DNA of 32,849 bases from Clostridiaceae bacterium (lineage in GTDB: Bacteria; Bacillota; Clostridia; Saccharofermentanales; DTU023): positions 1-32,849 of the forward strand of contig JAAYEX010000022.1 in the NCBI GenBank assembly GCA_012728535.1, in the 5' to 3' direction. Position numbers and translations under genes: made by a program. Shown one piece after another: positions 26,093-32,849 of this stretch. The notes under the pieces are model-generated. The model was not told the DNA's origin, searched no databases, and saw only the letters and a program-made list of their open reading frames with translations. Each line of letters begins with the position of its first letter. The first letter of the stretch is position 1.

Positions 26093-28231
26093 TTAGGGGT
26101 CCGGAACAACTTCCGGCGGAGCCTCTGTCGGCGCTTCTGTCGGTGCCTCCGTCGGCGCTGTCGTGGGTGCCGGTGTCGGAGGAGCAGTAGTAGGAGCTTC
26201 GGTCTCAGGTACAGTCTCAGTCGGAGGCAGGCTGGGCCCAAACTCTATTCTGCGGGCAACACTGGGATATCGGCTGTAGGTAAGGTATTGGCGGTCAAAT
26301 TCAACACCGTTTTTATAATAGACCTTATATGTCTCCCAGGTAGAACCGACGATCGGAGAGAGAACCTGTTCAGACTCGCCCGGTTCCAACTTGGTATTCA
26401 GAACTTCCTGTGTTGTTGTAATAGGTGCCAGATCTCCGGTTTTCACCGATAACATCTCGATCGTAACGCCTTCCGGCAAGGGTTTGCCATATATCTTATA
26501 AACAAGATAACTTCCTGAAGTTTCAGCTACTATGGCCACAGGATAATCTGTATTATTCTTGAACTTGAAGTCAAAGCTGCCACCGTAAATCATGGCGTCC
26601 TGACCGAAATAATAGTAGTCACTCCTCATACCATGGTTATGTCTTTCCACAATCTCAAGATCGGATTTAACTACAGCCTGGAACAGGGTTGTACTTGGCT
26701 GGCAGAGACCTCCGCCGATAACATCGATATAGGTACCGCCCACAATGGCACTGCCTGACATAAAGCCTGCCTGAGTCGTAATCGGTCCCAAACCGACGAG
26801 ATAGGAGTAAGTTTCACCGGGTTGTACTACCTGGCCGGTCATCTTTTCGGCAGCAACAATCAGATTGTAATTGCGGTCAGCCTGCCAGGATCCATAAATA
26901 GGAGTGCTGGCCTGGGCAACAAGTCCGGTATTGCTGTGGATCATGCTTGCTGTCATTTCCGGCTGTTTTTCTTCAAGTTTAAGTGTAATTCCTCCCTGAA
27001 ATTCGTCCTGTTGTAGAAGTTTATGGAGGTCTTTGATTGCAGCTGAAATATCTGCTTCCAGTCCGACTTTTCCGTCTTCTACTTCAAAACGTAAAGTTGT
27101 TGTGTTAAAACCGGTTGCTTTAGCTTCAGTAAATACAGGAAGCACATCCGACAACTTCTTCTGCAGTGAATACTTCATGACTGCTTCGTCGAAATCACCG
27201 TTCAGATCTATGTGGAAGCTTTCCTTTTCTATCGCAGAGATAACCTGATGACGAAGAATCAGATCCAACTCATCATTATAATGTTCACTTGAACGGCCGA
27301 TCGACCAGGCCTTTTCCAAAGCTGAAAAAGTGTCGAAATTGTATGCCAGATCTTCAGCAGACAGAGTGAACTTCTCGTTTTTTGCCTTTACCGTGATCTC
27401 AATTTCATCACGCAAACGCTCAGCCTCTTCTGTCAGAATATCACTTGCTTCCTGAGCTGTAAGCCCGGACATATCAATACCTGCGATAAAAATACCCGGA
27501 AAGATAACCTCTTTCGACAAGGCCAGCCTTGCCGCCTGTAACTCTGCTTCAGTCCATGCCTCTGCTTGAGGCAGTGTAGAATCGGATGGATTGATGGAGA
27601 TTGCCGGATCATCCGGCTTAACATCGCGATTGAACAGGCTGTTAATAGCAAAAACAATTAAGATAGCCGCCACGAGAACACCGGCTGTAATAAGCATAAT
27701 GCGCTGACGTTTTTTATCGTCCGCCGCTTTCTTCTCCATGGCATCCCGGGAGCCTGTTTTCTGTGCGGACGCCTTTCGGGCGGACACACTCTGGCCTGCA
27801 GCTTGCCTGGCAGTCACATCCTGGTTAACTGCTCTGGAAGTTGCTGCATTTTGGGCAGCCTGATTCTGAGTGGCTGCTTTCCTGGGAGCAGGCTTCTGTA
27901 AAGTCGGCTTCTGAACAGATGATTGTCGGGACAGCTGGGCCTGAGCTTTGGCTTTAGCAATTGCTTCTTCCGTTTTGCCGGCTGCAGCAAGTTCACCGGC
28001 AGCTTTAAGGGGAGGTTCAGCTTTGACGGCGGGTTCAACTTTAACAGCAGCTTCCCGCGGCTGTAAATAATCGACACGGAGATTTTTACCGGTGTACTGG
28101 AGTTTCTCCGGATAATTTTCCTGTTCGCCGGCCTTGCTATGCGTACGCTGAAGCTTAGGTGCAGGTCGCATTTTATTTGCCTGAATATTCTCGTTTTTAT
28201 TTTGATTTGGATTATCTTGAGTTGTCATCAA
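26093..28231 (-). CDS. VanW-domain cell-wall protein with a disordered N-terminal region, one TM helix and a Pro/Thr/Ala-rich C-terminal tail
   Basis: The VanW core motifs are IGGGLCQPSTTLFQAVVKSDLEIVERHNHG and YGGSFDFKFKNNTDYPV. The TM helix is IMLITAGVLVAAILIVFAI. The C-terminus reads ...APTEAPTEAPTEAPPEVVPDP. Confidence 0.85.
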   Translation of the reverse strand: MMTTQDNPNQNKNENIQANKMRPAPKLQRTHSKAGEQENYPEKLQYTGKNLRVDYLQPREAAVKVEPAVKAEPPLKAAGELAAAGKTEEAIAKAKAQAQLSRQSSVQKPTLQKPAPRKAATQNQAAQNAATSRAVNQDVTARQAAGQSVSARKASAQKTGSRDAMEKKAADDKKRQRIMLITAGVLVAAILIVFAINSLFNRDVKPDDPAISINPSDSTLPQAEAWTEAELQAARLALSKEVIFPGIFIAGIDMSGLTAQEASDILTEEAERLRDEIEITVKAKNEKFTLSAEDLAYNFDTFSALEKAWSIGRSSEHYNDELDLILRHQVISAIEKESFHIDLNGDFDEAVMKYSLQKKLSDVLPVFTEAKATGFNTTTLRFEVEDGKVGLEADISAAIKDLHKLLQQDEFQGGITLKLEEKQPEMTASMIHSNTGLVAQASTPIYGSWQADRNYNLIVAAEKMTGQVVQPGETYSYLVGLGPITTQAGFMSGSAIVGGTYIDVIGGGLCQPSTTLFQAVVKSDLEIVERHNHGMRSDYYYFGQDAMIYGGSFDFKFKNNTDYPVAIVAETSGSYLVYKIYGKPLPEGVTIEMLSVKTGDLAPITTTQEVLNTKLEPGESEQVLSPIVGSTWETYKVYYKNGVEFDRQYLTYSRYPSVARRIEFGPSLPPTETVPETEAPTTAPPTPAPTTAPTEAPTEAPTEAPPEVVPDP
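26121..26180. repeat. Five imperfect 12-nt tandem units encoding the (A/T)PT(E/T)-rich tail of the VanW protein
   Basis: gcctctgtcggc / gcttctgtcggt / gcctccgtcggc / gctgtcgtgggt / gccggtgtcgga. Confidence 0.6.
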
Positions 28232-28243
28232 ATAATTACTCCG

Positions 28244-28276
28244 AAAAATGGACGTGTTCTATCAGAGCACGTCCAT
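28244..28276 (-). terminator. Rho-independent terminator of the SH3-NlpC/P60 gene
   Basis: On the minus strand, ATGGACGTG-(11 nt)-CACGTCCAT is followed by TTTTT. It lies only ~12 nt upstream of the VanW start codon. Confidence 0.7.
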
Positions 28277-28299
28277 CCTCTGTATGTTTCCGGGCAAGC

Positions 28300-30291
28300 T
28301 TAGAAAATACGCTTGACAAGTCTGACAGGTGAGTAAGCATTACGAGCATATAGTGACTCATATCTTACAGTCTGTCCCGGTTGTGGTGAATGTATCATTT
28401 GACCGTTACCAACATAAATACCCACGTGAGTATAGTTGGAGTTAGGTGAGGTGTAAACATTATTAAAGAACACCAAGTCTCCCGGAAGCAGCGTGGCTTC
28501 ATAATTACTGGTTGAGAACGAAATTGACTGATAGTTTGAACGGGCCTGGCTATTGGATCCATGGTATAAATAGACACCCATTCTTCCATAGACATACTTT
28601 GTCAAACCGGAACAATCTACTCCGTTCGCCGATGCGCCTGCATAGACGTAGGGTACACCTAAAAGTTGTTTGGCGTATTCAACTACCTGCTGACCCTGAC
28701 TCGTCGCTTGGGGCGGGGTACTTTCAATCACAATCACTTCTGTCTGGAAGAGACTGTTATCTACAAAGCCTATCTGGCCGTTAGCTGTCTTAACCTTTGT
28801 CCACACGTCATTGGTTGATATTCTCTCTACCGCAGCCCCATAGTAGAGGGTATCTACTATTAGTGATGAAGTATTAGGCTCTGAGCGCAGGTTGGCTGCA
28901 CTTGTCTTTATGTAGACTGTGCCACTGATATCTCTGAAAGTAGAGTTGCTCGGAGGCGGTGTGGTCTCAGTAGGTGTCGTAGTGGTACCGGTTGACGATG
29001 ACGGGGGAGCCGGTACCACTCCGGTCAGGAATTCGTTCAAAACGTAACCCTCTACGCCGGCTGAGTTCTTGATACGGGACCAGGTACCATCCGTTTCAAT
29101 CTGCAAAACTTGCTCGTCTTTACGTGCCTGTCCGATAACTTCACTGTCCGTATTGGCTTCAGCGCGAATATTGCTGACACTGACTGATATATACTGATTG
29201 CGGTTGGTTGTAGCAAAAGGTGTTATCGGTGCACTTTCACGTAGGAGGTCATTGCGGACATAGCCTTGCAATCCGTCTGAGGCTTCAACTTTAGACCAGC
29301 TGCCGTCAGTAGATATCTGAAGCACTCTGTCATCCATGGCCAGAACACCGATCTGTTCCGAATCAGCTGTTGCTTCCTCACGCATATAAACAACAGGATA
29401 GTCAACGTAACGCACAGCATTTGTTTCCATTACCAGTCTGGTGCGTTCAACTTTGCGGGTACCGAAAAGTTCGTTCATCATATAGCCTGAGAGTCCGGTT
29501 TCAGTTCTTACCAGAGACCACTCAGACCCAGCCTCAACTATCGTCAGCGGTGTGCCCTTGAAGCCAAATCCGATAATGTCATAAGTCGTTCCTGCACCGG
29601 AACGGATATAAGCCTGACCGACCTGAACATACATGGTCATGCCGGGAACAATAGCTTCTGAAAGCTCGGTTGACACCAGATCCTTGTGAACGTAACCCCT
29701 CAATCCGCCATCAGTTTTAATCTCGATGAAATCGTTCTTCTCACCGATTTTCCCCACCTTCTGGTTCAAGGAAAGTTGGCCGATTATGTCGGAACCCGTT
29801 GAAGCGTCCTCGCGCACATTGACGGCGCTGCCGGCGATGTAGAGATATTCCGTGATTGTGATCTCTTCCGTTTCTTCCGGAGTCATCACTACTACATTTG
29901 GCGCACCGGGCTCAGTCTCCTTCTCAGGAGCAGCTGTAGGATCAGGTGTAGGTTCGGTAGTTGGAGCTTTTGTTTCTACCGGTTCATCAATCTCAGGCAA
30001 AACGGGATTATCGCGCTGGATTCGCCCAATATTATCCTGCATTTCAACCGGATTTTCATTGCGGAATTTTTCGTCCGATACTGATTTTGAGTCTGTAATG
30101 ATTTTTACTACAAAAACTGATACTAAAAGAACGAAGGCGATAACAGGGACCGCAACTGATGCCAATTTACCACCGTTAAAGTTTGCCGAAAAATAGCTGC
30201 GCAACTTGCGTCGGGCACGCCCGGCCGGTCGTTTTTTCTTCAAATCATAAGTCTCAAAGGGATCTTCGTTATGTCTACGATGTAAAGCCAT
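28300..30291 (-). CDS. Secreted or anchored peptidoglycan endopeptidase: five SH3b repeats plus a C-terminal NlpC/P60 (C40) domain
   Basis: The NlpC/P60 core is intact (GVPYVYAGASANGVDCSGL, PGDLVFF, THVGIYVGNGQMIHS). Five ~65 aa repeats of the type Y(I/V)..S..N(I/V)R.E..T.S..IG.......V.......W..V....G..GYV...L span roughly nt 28746-29847. There is one N-terminal TM helix. I prefer the ATG at 30291 (GAGG 5 nt upstream); the track start is 30351. Confidence 0.85.
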   Translation of the reverse strand: MALHRRHNEDPFETYDLKKKRPAGRARRKLRSYFSANFNGGKLASVAVPVIAFVLLVSVFVVKIITDSKSVSDEKFRNENPVEMQDNIGRIQRDNPVLPEIDEPVETKAPTTEPTPDPTAAPEKETEPGAPNVVVMTPEETEEITITEYLYIAGSAVNVREDASTGSDIIGQLSLNQKVGKIGEKNDFIEIKTDGGLRGYVHKDLVSTELSEAIVPGMTMYVQVGQAYIRSGAGTTYDIIGFGFKGTPLTIVEAGSEWSLVRTETGLSGYMMNELFGTRKVERTRLVMETNAVRYVDYPVVYMREEATADSEQIGVLAMDDRVLQISTDGSWSKVEASDGLQGYVRNDLLRESAPITPFATTNRNQYISVSVSNIRAEANTDSEVIGQARKDEQVLQIETDGTWSRIKNSAGVEGYVLNEFLTGVVPAPPSSSTGTTTTPTETTPPPSNSTFRDISGTVYIKTSAANLRSEPNTSSLIVDTLYYGAAVERISTNDVWTKVKTANGQIGFVDNSLFQTEVIVIESTPPQATSQGQQVVEYAKQLLGVPYVYAGASANGVDCSGLTKYVYGRMGVYLYHGSNSQARSNYQSISFSTSNYEATLLPGDLVFFNNVYTSPNSNYTHVGIYVGNGQMIHSPQPGQTVRYESLYARNAYSPVRLVKRIF

Positions 30292-30377
30292 CTCAACCTC
30301 GAATTCATTTCCGGTCATGCGATAACGTATTATGGTAAATAAAAATACCACCGCTTATCGCTAAATCGGTTTTTAAA

Positions 30378-30406
30378 AGTATAACAGCTCTTATCTTCTG
30401 CTGCAA
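30378..30406 (-). promoter_or_regulatory. Candidate promoter of the SH3-NlpC/P60 gene
   Basis: On the minus strand: TTGCAG (30406-30401), a 17-nt spacer, then TATACT (30383-30378). This gives a ~80-nt leader containing a long imperfect hairpin (30319-30361). Confidence 0.4.
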
Positions 30407-30530
30407 TTAAAAGGCCTCTCGATTTCATTACAAGATAGTGTCATTCGGTGTCAAAATTGTGACTAATCTTGAAAAAATCTTCAATATTTCTATTAACAAC
30501 AAAAAACAGTCGTTTAGGGTATTCTCCCTG

Positions 30531-31568
30531 TTAAAGCTCCGGCGCAGGTAATGAAATGCCGAATATCCTTTCCAGGTTTGCCCTCGGACCGATATCATCC
30601 GGATAAAACTGCGCAGCCTGGTACATGTAAAGTGACGGTATTTCGTTGCCCTCAATCAGAAGCGGGCCATGCTCGTTGAGCGTAATATCCCAGCCGACAT
30701 AAGCCTGCTCAGGCACAATTTGAGCCAGCTCACGCACATATTCCTGAACCTGGTCAAACATCGGAATTTGAAAACCGACAAACTTCGCTCCTGTCACCGG
30801 ATGCTCTGCCACATAGCGACGACTGGGTTTGAAAGTCACGCAGGGGTACATCAGCTCTCCCTGATCGGAAATTGCAGTATATCCGCCCCCACGGGAGATA
30901 TTGTCAACAATAGGGTCGTGCATGGCAGTGCGCAGTCTGTTGTAAAGTACCACTACACTTCCGTCTTTTTGCAGAACCGTACCGATCCTGAGTGAGCAGA
31001 GTGAAGTAGGCGAAACGGGCCGCATCGCCTCATGCAAAATGATCTCCTCTTCCAGAATAGTTTGTTCTTTAGCCAGCAGCTCCTGATACAATTGTTGCAA
31101 ATCAGTAGACTCGTTTCTTTCAATACGGCTGACTCCGGCTCCGCCATGACCTGTCGGAATTTTGGCAAAAAAGACCTTATGTTTGTACGCAAAGTCCATA
31201 AAATCACTTTCTGAGCACTTGGATAAGTCTAAATAATCCCGTCTCAGATATTGGCCGAACCTCTCATTGAATAAAGATTTGTCGCGAAAAAGCGCCCTTG
31301 ATTCAGGTGTCGAGCTGCTCAGAACCAGACGCTTGTTATCATAATATTCAGAGCCGAAATTTGCTCTCAGCTTAGGATCGGTGATGCGATCAAACTCGTA
31401 GAGTGAATACTCCGCCCATGTATAGCCACCGCGCTTATACATGCGTGTCTGATCCAAGAGCAGGTCAAAAAAACCACGCCCCGAGTCCTTTTTAAGCTGA
31501 CGGGTCGATTTAATCAAAGTTTTCCAATCAGCAGTAAAAACTTTTGATATTTTTGAAAAAATACTCAT
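30531..31568 (-). CDS. ATP-grasp-fold enzyme (resembles the sugar-transfer-associated ATP-grasp family)
   Basis: 345 aa. It has a Gly-rich loop (FFAKIPTGHGGAGVSRI) and a C-terminal VGWDITLNEHGPLLIEGNEIPS, which fits the ATP-grasp E-x-N metal/ATP site. GAGAGG RBS. It lies 46 nt downstream of citXG with no hairpin between them. Confidence 0.65.
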   Translation of the reverse strand: MSIFSKISKVFTADWKTLIKSTRQLKKDSGRGFFDLLLDQTRMYKRGGYTWAEYSLYEFDRITDPKLRANFGSEYYDNKRLVLSSSTPESRALFRDKSLFNERFGQYLRRDYLDLSKCSESDFMDFAYKHKVFFAKIPTGHGGAGVSRIERNESTDLQQLYQELLAKEQTILEEEIILHEAMRPVSPTSLCSLRIGTVLQKDGSVVVLYNRLRTAMHDPIVDNISRGGGYTAISDQGELMYPCVTFKPSRRYVAEHPVTGAKFVGFQIPMFDQVQEYVRELAQIVPEQAYVGWDITLNEHGPLLIEGNEIPSLYMYQAAQFYPDDIGPRANLERIFGISLPAPEL

Positions 31569-31614
31569 GTATTTTACCTCTCAAAGTATGTTCAAAAACT
31601 AACACAACAAAATA

Positions 31615-32849
31615 TCAGCTATCAGCAAGTAATTTTAGCACAAGCAGGCAAATGGCGAGCAGGTCCGCAGCACCTCCGGCGCTGTAATTATTTTCTCTGA
31701 AATAGTCAGACCATAAAGAGATATATGAAATGACAGCGGTCTCGGCTCTTACAATATTGTCCAGACATTGGGGCGAAAGCGCGTCTGCAGCTAATAGTTC
31801 CGTATTGACGCCGGTTTTTTTGTCGCCTGTTAAATTGTTTGGCAGTTGGCCCGGGCACTGTCCCCCCGTCTGAGCCATAGTATGGAAAAAATCTGCCAGC
31901 CCACGTCGAATCTTCTCTGCTTCCTGCAGACCGGCCCGCTTAATCAAAGTAGTATCCTCAGTTGCTGCCAGTAAAAGCAGCAGCGTCACTGCAGAAGCTT
32001 CGTTCCTGGCCATTTTCCTTTCCTCCAGGCCGCGATAAAAAGGCAAGGCCAGCTGAAAAACGCTAGCAATCCCGCCGGCAGCTTCACCACGAACTCCTGA
32101 AATGCCAAATCTTCGCCTGATGCTCTCACCTGCTGTCTCTCCGGCCTCGGGATATGAAAACTGAATATCCTGTAAAGCAAGAGCCCAGCGGCTTATTTCC
32201 TGTTGCCAGCCTTTGATCAGACCCCCTTCGTTCTCTGCATCAATACTTGCAGCGAAAGGCAGTGGGTCCATTGCAAGTGAGGCAGCTGTAGCCAGGACCA
32301 GGCCGCTCAGGTAGATAAAACCTTTTTGTGTGTTCACCCCGCCTGTAGCAGCAAACATCTGTCTTTCAGCCCTCAGCCCCTCTCGCTTAAGCTCAGCGAG
32401 TTTCTTGAAAAACTCTCTGTCCCGGTCTTCATCCGCGATTTGTTCAGAAACAGCATCCCTGAACAGGGCCACTTGCAGGCCGCAGCTTGCAGCAGCCCGA
32501 AAATAGTCGGCCAAAGCGGCAATACTGTCCGCATAAGTAAAGCGATCCATATCATCATGTGAACCGGCGTCGGCTCCTGTCACCAATCCCGGTTTAGGTG
32601 CAACCAGCAGTTCCGCTACCGCTGCAGACAAAGCCGCTGCCTGCATCCGCCTGCCCAGCAGTTCAAAGAGGCCTTCTGTCTGGAACTGTCCGATCAGCTC
32701 CTGCAGTTCTTCTGTTGAGTGTCTCTGCGAACGGCTGCAGGCATGTGCTTCCTCGGCGCAAATCAGGCAGCGACGCTCAGGCTGTTGCAGTCGGGCACGT
32801 GAGAGCGGCTCAGCTTCGGACAGGTAAAGATCCAGATCAAGCACCCGGG
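31615..32849 (-). CDS. citXG: CitX-CitG fusion, 5'-truncated by the window edge: holo-ACP synthase tail plus triphosphoribosyl-dephospho-CoA synthase
   Basis: The reading frame is open to the right edge, and the track M at 32844 is an internal GTG. The residues LDLDLYLSEAEPLSRARLQQPERRCLICAEEAHACSRSQRHSTEELQELI resemble the C-terminus of E. coli CitX (recalled as ...WDIDVL...[27 protein letters not shown]). The remainder carries CitG/MdcB motifs (KPGLVTGADAGSHDDMDRFTYADS, NYSAGGAADLLA). Confidence 0.8.
   Translation of the reverse strand, partial: RVLDLDLYLSEAEPLSRARLQQPERRCLICAEEAHACSRSQRHSTEELQELIGQFQTEGLFELLGRRMQAAALSAAVAELLVAPKPGLVTGADAGSHDDMDRFTYADSIAALADYFRAAASCGLQVALFRDAVSEQIADEDRDREFFKKLAELKREGLRAERQMFAATGGVNTQKGFIYLSGLVLATAASLAMDPLPFAASIDAENEGGLIKGWQQEISRWALALQDIQFSYPEAGETAGESIRRRFGISGVRGEAAGGIASVFQLALPFYRGLEERKMARNEASAVTLLLLLAATEDTTLIKRAGLQEAEKIRRGLADFFHTMAQTGGQCPGQLPNNLTGDKKTGVNTELLAADALSPQCLDNIVRAETAVISYISLWSDYFRENNYSAGGAADLLAICLLVLKLLADS

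Noticed and set aside
25993-26241. 82-aa Arg/Leu/Pro-rich ORF (…RHRHPRQRRRRHRQKRRQRLRRK…).
   Set aside because: It is an alternate-frame reading of the 12-nt periodic Pro/Thr/Ala repeat at the VanW 3' end. Its extreme composition is a frame artefact.
30316-30351. Longer N-terminus (MVFLFTIIRYRMTGNEFEVE) for the SH3-NlpC/P60 protein, and a 32-codon minus-strand ORF in its leader (ATG at 30428, in the gtaATGaaatcg context).
   Set aside because: Neither upstream ATG has an RBS. The ATG at 30291 is preceded by GAGG at a good spacing. The extra residues would overlap the leader hairpin.
1-32849. Scan for CRISPR arrays, toxin-antitoxin pairs, restriction-modification or other defence systems, and insertion sequences.
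   Set aside because: There are no spaced direct repeats, no nuclease, methylase, helicase or reverse-transcriptase signatures, and no paired small ORFs. Every ORF longer than 140 aa outside shadow frames is accounted for by a metabolic, transport, replication or cell-wall family.

Overview
The window looks like an ordinary chromosomal segment of a Gram-positive anaerobe, probably Clostridia-like. The grounds are GGAGG-type ribosome-binding sites, rnfCDGEAB gene order, a PFOR gene, and a DnaD/DnaI-type helicase loader pair. I call 25 protein-coding genes, two of them cut by the window edges, plus one tRNA.

Left to right:
- The start of a secreted protein overlaps the stop of an MMPL/RND-type exporter. 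A TetR regulator is transcribed divergently from the exporter, with a perfect 15-bp-arm palindrome between them.
- A small polytopic membrane protein is translationally coupled to an alanine/glycine:cation symporter.
- Next come tRNA-Thr(UGU) and a MATE exporter.
- The complete Rnf ferredoxin:NAD+ oxidoreductase operon (rnfCDGEAB) follows.
- From 12.7 kb to the right edge every gene is on the minus strand. In left-to-right map order these are:
  - rpmB and an SH3 protein with a degenerate NlpC/P60 domain
  - acpS, a DnaI-like loader and a DnaD-domain protein
  - pyruvate:ferredoxin oxidoreductase and gpmI
  - a single-ORF PGK-TIM fusion
  - a PHP phosphoesterase and a GtrB-like GT2 glycosyltransferase
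  - a VanW-domain protein and a 5xSH3b-NlpC/P60 endopeptidase
  - an ATP-grasp enzyme and a CitX-CitG fusion that runs off the right edge

I found no CRISPR array, transposase, integrase, phage module or recognisable defence genes. I do not see a convincing self-contained novel system.

The best candidates for a second look are:
- the CitXG plus ATP-grasp pair
- the NlpC/P60 paralogue with no catalytic triad
- the unknown 5-6 TM protein coupled to the symporter
- the VanW / NlpC-P60 / GT2 / PHP envelope block
- the in-frame PGK-TIM fusion

All family assignments come from motif recognition by eye. No database search was run.
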